Part shown: positions 1-4,829 of the stretch, in pieces | How positions within the stretch are numbered: the first letter of the stretch is position 1 | How the letters are laid out: each line of letters begins with the position of its first letter | DNA from: a virus | Taxonomy: Duplodnaviria; Heunggongvirae; Uroviricota; Caudoviricetes | IMG/VR virus record: IMGVR_UViG_2630968808_000003 | Coordinates: 1 to 10,112 of that record | DNA: 10,112 nt | Strand: one strand, 5' to 3' | Translations under genes and position numbers: made by a program | The notes under the pieces: generated by a model | What the model was told of the DNA's origin: nothing | Seen by the model: only the letters and a program-made list of their open reading frames with translations | Databases searched by the model: none

Positions 1-77
1 TTTGCACAACAGGTAAGAGCATTGAACCCGCAGACCTCGCGGAATTGGTGAAAGGTGCCGCGCAGTGCTCTTATCGT

Positions 78-207
78 TGTGGTGAAGCTCAATGGCGAGC
101 TAGCAGATAGGCGACAGTGAAAATACTAGTCATGTAACTGACCGCCGCGCGTACTGCAATCGGCAGCGCACCGATGGAAGCCGGTTCGATTCCGGCCGCC
201 ACAACCC
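78..207 (+). ncRNA. tRNA-like element of atypical length (degenerate or insert-containing tRNA, or tRNA-mimic RNA)
   Basis: Exact T-arm GCCGG-TTCGATT-CCGGC at 180-196 carrying the conserved GGTTCGATTCC motif. The 3' acceptor strand CGCCACA (197-203) pairs over 7 bp (6 Watson-Crick plus 1 G-U) with TGTGGTG at 78-84. A D-arm-like GCTC-AATGGC-GAGC sits at 87-100, at the expected distance from the 5' acceptor strand. However 79 nt lie between the D-arm and T-arm (about 22 expected), I could not fold a canonical anticodon arm, and the 3' end reads ACCC rather than encoded CCA. Confidence 0.35.
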
Positions 208-293
208 AAACTGAGCCGTAGCCACTGGCTATCCTGAATTCATCAGTGATAGTTATGCTGCGTCTTTCTACACATGACCTTCGTGAAAGCGGT

Positions 294-333
294 GGCAGGA
301 GGTTGCGCTAACAACCTCATGCCGTTTTGCCCG
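294..333 (+). terminator. Candidate intrinsic terminator or stable leader hairpin upstream of the lysis genes
   Basis: 12-bp stem with one G/A mismatch (294-305 GGCAGGAGGTTG pairing with 312-323 CAACCTCATGCC), 6-nt loop CGCTAA, followed one nucleotide later by TTTT (325-328). Its position upstream of the holin is consistent with a lambdoid tR'-type terminator that would be overridden by Q antitermination. Confidence 0.4.
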
Positions 334-428
334 TGCATATCGGTCACGAACAAATCTGATTACTAAACACAGTAGCCTGGATTTGTTCTATCAGTAACCG
401 ACCTTATTCCTAATTAAATAGAGCAAAT

Positions 429-444
429 CCCCTCAATGAAGGGG
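429..444 (+). promoter_or_regulatory. RNA hairpin immediately upstream of the holin dual start (possible translation-initiation control structure)
   Basis: CCCCT (429-433) pairs with AGGGG (440-444) around loop CAATGA; the purine-rich AGGGG that could act as a Shine-Dalgarno lies in the 3' arm, 6 nt before ATG 451. This is analogous in position to the sdi stem-loop that controls the two starts of lambda S. Confidence 0.4.
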
Positions 445-450
445 TAGAGC

Positions 451-654
451 ATGTACCGTATGGACAAAATCAGAGAATGGTTCAGTTACAGCTTCGGAGG
501 ACTGACTGCGATGGGTGGCATTCTCTCCCTGAATGACTGGGCTGTCATCATTGGTATTCTTTGTACTGTCGGCACATTTGGCATCAACTGGTACTACAAG
601 CGCAAAGAGCGCGAGGACAGATTGAATGGCAATGTCACCGGCACTACGAAATAG
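451..654 (+). CDS. Holin, class II, likely pinholin (67 aa), with dual-start motif
   Basis: Two predicted transmembrane segments (Gly-rich [17 protein letters not shown], then [20 protein letters not shown]) and a charged C-terminal tail KRKEREDR. N-terminus MYRMDK gives starts at 451 and 460 with an Arg between, the pattern of antiholin/holin dual starts (compare phage 21 S, MKSMDK as recalled). Lies directly upstream of and overlapping a SAR-type endolysin. Confidence 0.75.
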   Translation: MYRMDKIREWFSYSFGGLTAMGGILSLNDWAVIIGILCTVGTFGINWYYKRKEREDRLNGNVTGTTK

Positions 655-1129
655 CGTAATAGCGGCGATAAGTGGCGGGGCTATTGCTATAGCATCTGTG
701 TTAATCACTGGGCCAAGTGGTAACGATGGTCTGGAAGGTGTGAGACATAATCCTTACAAAGACATAGTTGGTGTATGGACTGTGTGTCACGGACATACCG
801 GAAAAGACATCATGCTCGGGAAAACGTATACCGAAGCAGAATGCAAAGCCCTCCTGAATAAAGACCTTGCCACGGTCGCCAGACAAATTAACCCGTACAT
901 CAAAGTCGATATACCGGAAACAACGCGCGGCGCTCTTTACTCGTTCGTCTATAACGTGGGCGCAGGCAATTTCAGAACATCTACTCTTCTTCGCAAAATA
1001 AACCAGGGCGATATCAAGGGCGCATGTGACCAGCTACGTCGCTGGGCATACGCTGGCAGTAAGCAATGGAAAGGCCTGATGACTCGTCGTGAGATTGAGC
1101 GTGAGGTCTGTTTGTGGGGGCAACAATGA
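626..1129 (+). CDS. SAR endolysin, T4-lysozyme-like muramidase (GH24), 167 aa
   Basis: N-terminal Gly/Ala-rich weakly hydrophobic segment [19 protein letters not shown] typical of signal-anchor-release domains. Catalytic spacing E-x8-D-x5-T in [16 protein letters not shown] matches T4 lysozyme E11/D20/T26. Recalled resemblance to phage 21 R and E. coli prophage RrrD-type lysozymes is unverified. Start overlaps the holin 3' end by 29 nt; an alternative start at 632 is possible. Confidence 0.9.
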   Translation: MAMSPALRNSVIAAISGGAIAIASVLITGPSGNDGLEGVRHNPYKDIVGVWTVCHGHTGKDIMLGKTYTEAECKALLNKDLATVARQINPYIKVDIPETTRGALYSFVYNVGAGNFRTSTLLRKINQGDIKGACDQLRRWAYAGSKQWKGLMTRREIEREVCLWGQQ

Positions 1130-1563
1130 GCAGAGTAACCGCGATTATCTCCGCTCTGGTTATCTGCATCATCGTCTGCCTGTCATGGGCTGTTAATCAT
1201 TACCGTGATAACGCCATGACCTACAAAGAGCAGCGCGATAAAGCCACATCCACAATCGCTGACATGCAGAAGCGTCAACGTGATGTAGCTGAACTCGATG
1301 CCAGATACACAAAGGAGCTTGCTGATGCTAACGCGACTATCGAAAGTCTCCGTGCTGATGTTTCTGCTGGGCGTAAGCGCCTGCAGGTCGCCGCCACCTG
1401 TGCAAAGTCAACGACCGGAGCCAGCGGCATGGGCGATGGAGAAAGCCCAAGACTTACAGCAGATGCTGAACTCAATTATTACCGTCTCCGAAGTGGAATC
1501 GACAGGATAACCGCGCAGGTTAACTACCTGCAGGAATACATCAGGACGCAATGCCTTCGATGA
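1126..1563 (+). CDS. Rz: Rz, inner-membrane spanin subunit (i-spanin), 145 aa
   Basis: ATGA start/stop overlap with the endolysin. N-terminal transmembrane helix [18 protein letters not shown] followed by a coiled-coil-like charged region. The N-terminus [30 protein letters not shown] matches my recollection of lambda Rz. The supplied ORF starts at GTG 1114, but ATG 1126 is preferred. Confidence 0.85.
   Translation: MSRVTAIISALVICIIVCLSWAVNHYRDNAMTYKEQRDKATSTIADMQKRQRDVAELDARYTKELADANATIESLRADVSAGRKRLQVAATCAKSTTGASGMGDGESPRLTADAELNYYRLRSGIDRITAQVNYLQEYIRTQCLR
1325..1510 (+). CDS. Rz1: Rz1, outer-membrane lipoprotein spanin subunit (o-spanin), embedded in the +1 frame of Rz, about 61 aa
   Basis: Lies wholly inside Rz in another frame. 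Strong Shine-Dalgarno AAAGGAG (1311-1317) sits 7 nt before ATG 1325. Signal peptide [20 protein letters not shown] ends in a lipobox (VSAC), followed by the Pro-rich stretch [13 protein letters not shown] characteristic of Rz1. The supplied ORF begins at 1298, but the first Met there lacks signal-peptide character. Confidence 0.75.
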   Translation: MLTRLSKVSVLMFLLGVSACRSPPPVQSQRPEPAAWAMEKAQDLQQMLNSIITVSEVESTG

Positions 1564-1657
1564 TAGCGATAATTTTACTCATCATCCTTCACATCTGGCT
1601 CTGTAGACAGGGTGGTGATCACTTCTGGAGTGAATCCAGATTAAACATCTCATTGCT

Positions 1658-1677
1658 GATGCTTGATATTGAGCATC
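1658..1677. repeat. Perfect 6-bp inverted repeat with 8-nt spacer (GATGCT-TGATATTG-AGCATC)
   Basis: Dyad symmetry read directly from the sequence in the Rz-to-Rha intergenic region; could be a protein-binding site or an RNA hairpin. No function can be assigned from sequence alone. Confidence 0.3.
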
Positions 1678-1738
1678 TGGCGCGCAGTAAGGGGCTGCGT
1701 TGAGATAAGAGCCAGTTCATTACAAATACCAGGATTTA

Positions 1739-1762
1739 GCCTCGCATTTGCGGGGCTTTTTT
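1739..1762 (+). terminator. Rho-independent terminator downstream of the lysis cassette
   Basis: GCCTCGC (1739-1745) pairs with GCGGGGC (1750-1756) as a 7-bp stem (6 Watson-Crick plus 1 G-U) around loop ATTT, followed immediately by TTTTTT (1757-1762). Confidence 0.7.
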
Positions 1763-1906
1763 ATATCTGAATTTCACAGCGCATCTCACGCGCATATTAA
1801 CGAGAGCCTTTCAGTAAGCGAGCCTGAGAAATGCCGTTATAGGTGGCGACCTCTCTCGGGCGGCTTTTCTGTGAGACAGGCTCACTTTCTAAAAGGTAAA
1901 GACGCT

Positions 1907-2431
1907 ATGAATAGTCATTCAGTTATTCCAGCCTTCGACTTCCGAGAAATGGTGCAAGCCAAAAACGGAGAGGTCGTTACCACATCCAGAAAAATTGCCA
2001 AGTACTTCGGCAAGCGACACGGTGATGTTCTCAGGAAAATCGAGCAGGTTAAGGCTGATTGCTCGCGTGAGTTTAGCCAACGCAATTTTGCGTCGGCTGA
2101 TTATATCGATGAACAGGGCAAGGTTCGCCCGATGTACAGCCTGACGAAAGATGGCTGGATCATGGTTGTAATGGGGTTCACCGGGAAAGCTGCTGCAGCA
2201 ATCAAGGAGAGCTATATCGCAGCATTCAATTGGATGGCAGAGCAACTGAGCCGCCGCATGGCAATTGGCGAAGAAATGCAGCACCGCTACGCCATCAAAG
2301 AAACACGCTCAAAGCTGAAAGGTACGATCGGCAGTCGATTAATGAACGAACGGAAGAAAGAGAAGCGTGTCCTGGCTGTCGAGCATGAATACATCTTGCA
2401 GGTGACACAGCCTGAACTGCTGATTAATTGA
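1907..2431 (+). CDS. rha: Rha-family phage regulatory protein (antirepressor-like), 174 aa
   Basis: N-terminal region VTTSRKIAKYFGKRHGDVLRKIEQ ... MYSLTKDGWIMVVMGFTGKAAAAIKESYIAAFNWM fits the conserved phage pRha domain as I recall it. Shine-Dalgarno AAAGG lies about 9 nt before ATG 1907. The supplied ORF extends upstream to TTG 1748, but that start lies inside the terminator hairpin and has no ribosome-binding site. A gene in this position (between the lysis genes and terS) is common in P22-like phages. Confidence 0.8.
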   Translation: MNSHSVIPAFDFREMVQAKNGEVVTTSRKIAKYFGKRHGDVLRKIEQVKADCSREFSQRNFASADYIDEQGKVRPMYSLTKDGWIMVVMGFTGKAAAAIKESYIAAFNWMAEQLSRRMAIGEEMQHRYAIKETRSKLKGTIGSRLMNERKKEKRVLAVEHEYILQVTQPELLIN

Positions 2432-2470
2432 AGATGTCATTACAAAGCCTATCTACGGGTGGGCTTGATA

Positions 2471-2653
2471 ATGAAACCGGAATTTATTCTGGGTAACCAG
2501 TTACGGCAGCACCGCGAAACAACCCAAGCCAGTAAGTGGGAAAATAACACTGGCAGCCACTGAAAGATGAACCTCCTGCCTTATGGCAAAAAAGATTCTT
2601 TGTGGTGGCGGACTGATGGAAAGACATCGGTTATTGCAGAGGCCATTCAATGA
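2471..2653 (+). pseudogene. Possible small ORF interrupted by an in-frame TGA (two same-frame ORFs of 30 and 28 aa joined across the stop at 2561-2563)
   Basis: ATG 2471 to TGA 2561-2563 (MKPEFILGNQLRQHRETTQASKWENNTGSH) and ATG 2567 to TGA 2651-2653 (MNLLPYGKKDSLWWRTDGKTSVIAEAIQ) are in the same frame, separated by one stop and one codon. A G-rich stretch GGGTGGG lies upstream of 2471. No homology could be assessed. Confidence 0.2.
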
Positions 2654-2683
2654 GTGGTCTCGACAATGGCTTATACCCTACAC

Positions 2684-2709
2684 GGGATAACTTAACTGAT
2701 ATCCCTTTT
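2684..2709 (+). terminator. Weak candidate intrinsic terminator closing the Rha module
   Basis: GGGATA (2684-2689) pairs with TATCCC (2700-2705) as a 6-bp stem with a 10-nt loop, followed by TTTT (2706-2709). The stem is AT-rich, so termination efficiency is uncertain. Confidence 0.3.
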
Positions 2710-2730
2710 AACGGATAAACGGAGCCAACA

Positions 2731-2973
2731 ATGGCAGAGATTATTCCCATGACTGAAGAACAGAAATTCCAGTTAGAGATTTACAAACTGGTCATGAACC
2801 AGAACGCAGCCGCAGAAGAAGCATTTCAATTCATCGGCACTGACGAGTTGAAGCTTGAGCTATTCAAAATTCACTTCCAGTCAGGCGGCGCTAATTCAGA
2901 TATCACGACCCGCACTATCGAAGCGGTGCGTAAATCGAAGGAAGCGTTAGACCTGTTCACTACCGGAGCATAA
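2731..2973 (+). CDS. Hypothetical small protein (80 aa) immediately upstream of the terminase small subunit
   Basis: Shine-Dalgarno GGAG 8 nt upstream of ATG 2731; its stop lies 2 nt before the terS start. The product is acidic and predicted helical. A small ORF of similar size occupies this position in P22-like genomes (recollection, unverified). Confidence 0.65.
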   Translation: MAEIIPMTEEQKFQLEIYKLVMNQNAAAEEAFQFIGTDELKLELFKIHFQSGGANSDITTRTIEAVRKSKEALDLFTTGA

Positions 2974-2975
2974 AC

Positions 2976-3416
2976 ATGGCGCGCCCAACAAAGTATCAAG
3001 AGGCGTATGCCGAACAGGCACGCAAACTGTGCTTGCTGGGCTACACCGATGCAGAACTTGCTGATTTCTTTGAAGTCAGTGAGTCAACTATTAACAAGTG
3101 GAAGCTTGATTATCCTAAGTTTTCGGAGTCCATAAAAAAGGGTAAGGCCGTCGCTGATGCAGAAGTTAGTGACCGTCTTTATCAACGCGCTATGGGCTTT
3201 GTGGCTCCAGACATCGATATTCGTGTTATTGAAAACAGAATTGTCGAAACTCCGCTTGAGAAGTATTACCCGCCTGATACAACCGCTGCCATCTTCTGGC
3301 TTAAGAACCGACAGAAGGATAAATGGCGCGACAAGGTTGATCACGAGCTAACAGGCAAAGACGGCGGCGCAATCCAGATTGAAACATCACCGATGAGCAC
3401 TCTATTCGGAAAATGA
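2976..3416 (+). CDS. Terminase small subunit (146 aa)
   Basis: Sits immediately upstream of the large terminase with an ATGA overlap. N-terminal helix-turn-helix-like segment LLGYTDAELADFFEVSESTINKWK typical of the DNA-recognition domain of small terminases. GGAG ribosome-binding site upstream. Confidence 0.8.
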   Translation: MARPTKYQEAYAEQARKLCLLGYTDAELADFFEVSESTINKWKLDYPKFSESIKKGKAVADAEVSDRLYQRAMGFVAPDIDIRVIENRIVETPLEKYYPPDTTAAIFWLKNRQKDKWRDKVDHELTGKDGGAIQIETSPMSTLFGK

Positions 3417-4828
3417 CCTCGATTAATCCTATCTTTGAACCGTTCATTGAGGCGCATCGCTACAAAGTCGCCAAAGGCGGTCGAGGTAGCGGTAAATCAT
3501 GGGCAATTGCGAGACTGCTTGTTGAAGCGGCGCGTCGGCAGCCAGTGCGTATTCTCTGTGCTCGTGAACTGCAAAACAGTATCAGCGATTCGGTAATCCG
3601 GTTGCTTGAAGACACCATAGAGCGGGAAGGGTATTCGGCTGAGTTTGAAATTCAGCGTTCAATGATTCGTCATCTCGGAACGAATGCTGAATTCATGTTC
3701 TACGGCATCAAAAACAACCCGACGAAGATTAAATCGCTAGAAGGCATTGATATCTGCTGGGTGGAGGAAGCGGAAGCGGTAACGAAGGAATCATGGGATA
3801 TCCTGATACCAACCATCCGCAAGCCATTTTCCGAAATATGGGTGAGCTTTAACCCGAAAAACATCCTCGACGATACCTATCAGCGATTCGTCGTAAATCC
3901 TCCAGATGATATTTGTCTGCTGACGGTGAACTACACCGACAACCCGCACTTTCCTGAAGTTCTCCGTCTGGAGATGGAAGAGTGTAAACGCAGAAATCCG
4001 ACACTGTATCGTCACATCTGGCTTGGTGAGCCAGTAAGCGCAAGTGATATGGCAATCATCAAACGTGAATGGCTTGAAGCCGCAACCGATGCGCACAAGA
4101 AACTAGGATGGAAAGCGAAAGGCGCTGTTGTTTCTGCACATGACCCGTCAGATACAGGGCCGGATGCTAAAGGTTATGCATCGCGTCACGGTTCGGTAGT
4201 TAAGCGCATTGCCGAAGGTCTGCTGATGGACATCAACGAGGGGGCTGACTGGGCTACTTCGCTGGCGATTGAAGACGGTGCTGACCACTACTTGTGGGAT
4301 GGTGATGGTGTCGGTGCAGGGCTACGCAGACAGACAACGGAAGCGTTCTCCGGTAAGAAAATCACCGCCACGATGTTCAAGGGCAGCGAATCGCCATTTG
4401 ATGAAGATGCACCATATCAGGCTGGAGCATGGGCTGATGAAGTCGTGCAGGGCGACAACGTTCGCACTATTGGCGATGTGTTCCGCAATAAGCGAGCGCA
4501 ATTCTATTACGCGCTGGCTGACAGGTTGTATCTGACATATCGGGCGGTTGTCCACGGTGAGTATGCAGACCCCGACGACATGCTGAGCTTCGACAAAGAA
4601 GCGATAGGCGAGAAGATGCTGGAGAAGCTGTTTGCAGAACTGACGCAGATTCAGCGCAAATTCAATAACAACGGGAAGCTGGAGCTTATGACTAAGGTCG
4701 AAATGAAGCAGAAGCTCGGTATTCCATCTCCTAACCTGGCTGATGCGCTGATGATGTGTATGCATTGCCCGGAGTCGGCTGCGCAACCCGACTATTCCAG
4801 TTACTCAATTCCTTGTGGTGTAGGTTGA
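3413..4828 (+). CDS. Terminase large subunit (471 aa; ATPase plus nuclease)
   Basis: Walker A P-loop KGGRGSGKS near the N-terminus and a Walker B-like hydrophobic stretch ending DICWVEEAE. Size and position between terS and portal are as expected. The N-terminal sequence resembles, by recollection, the Sf6-type large terminase (unverified). Confidence 0.93.
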   Translation: MTSINPIFEPFIEAHRYKVAKGGRGSGKSWAIARLLVEAARRQPVRILCARELQNSISDSVIRLLEDTIEREGYSAEFEIQRSMIRHLGTNAEFMFYGIKNNPTKIKSLEGIDICWVEEAEAVTKESWDILIPTIRKPFSEIWVSFNPKNILDDTYQRFVVNPPDDICLLTVNYTDNPHFPEVLRLEMEECKRRNPTLYRHIWLGEPVSASDMAIIKREWLEAATDAHKKLGWKAKGAVVSAHDPSDTGPDAKGYASRHGSVVKRIAEGLLMDINEGADWATSLAIEDGADHYLWDGDGVGAGLRRQTTEAFSGKKITATMFKGSESPFDEDAPYQAGAWADEVVQGDNVRTIGDVFRNKRAQFYYALADRLYLTYRAVVHGEYADPDDMLSFDKEAIGEKMLEKLFAELTQIQRKFNNNGKLELMTKVEMKQKLGIPSPNLADALMMCMHCPESAAQPDYSSYSIPCGVG

Positions 4829-4829
4829 T

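Noticed and set aside
3-110. Open frame running from the window start to a TAG at 108-110 (35 codons, contains CSYRCGEAQW); possible 3' end of an upstream gene such as a Q antiterminator
   Set aside because: Too short to evaluate, no start in the window, no recognisable motif, and it overlaps the 5' part of the tRNA-like element. It cannot be supported as a feature from this window alone.
433-708. Minus-strand 91-aa ORF overlapping the holin and endolysin start
   Set aside because: Antisense to two well-supported lysis genes, with no ribosome-binding site or recognisable features; a chance open frame.
1748-1906. N-terminal extension of the Rha ORF to the TTG start given in the ORF track (227 aa version)
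   Set aside because: The TTG lies inside the terminator hairpin at 1739-1762 with no ribosome-binding site, whereas ATG 1907 has a Shine-Dalgarno and begins the conserved Rha domain. The extension is most likely an open leader, not coding.
1919-2284. Minus-strand 121-aa ORF inside the Rha gene
   Set aside because: Cys-rich, antisense to a gene with a conserved domain, and all credible genes in the window are on the + strand; spurious.
3084-4786. Alternative-frame and antisense ORFs within terS and terL (3084-3344, 3157-3351, 3791-4096, 3849-4055, 4269-4535, 4322-4786)
   Set aside because: Embedded in genes with clear terminase motifs; no independent signals. Unlike Rz1 they have no strong internal ribosome-binding site, signal peptide or known precedent.
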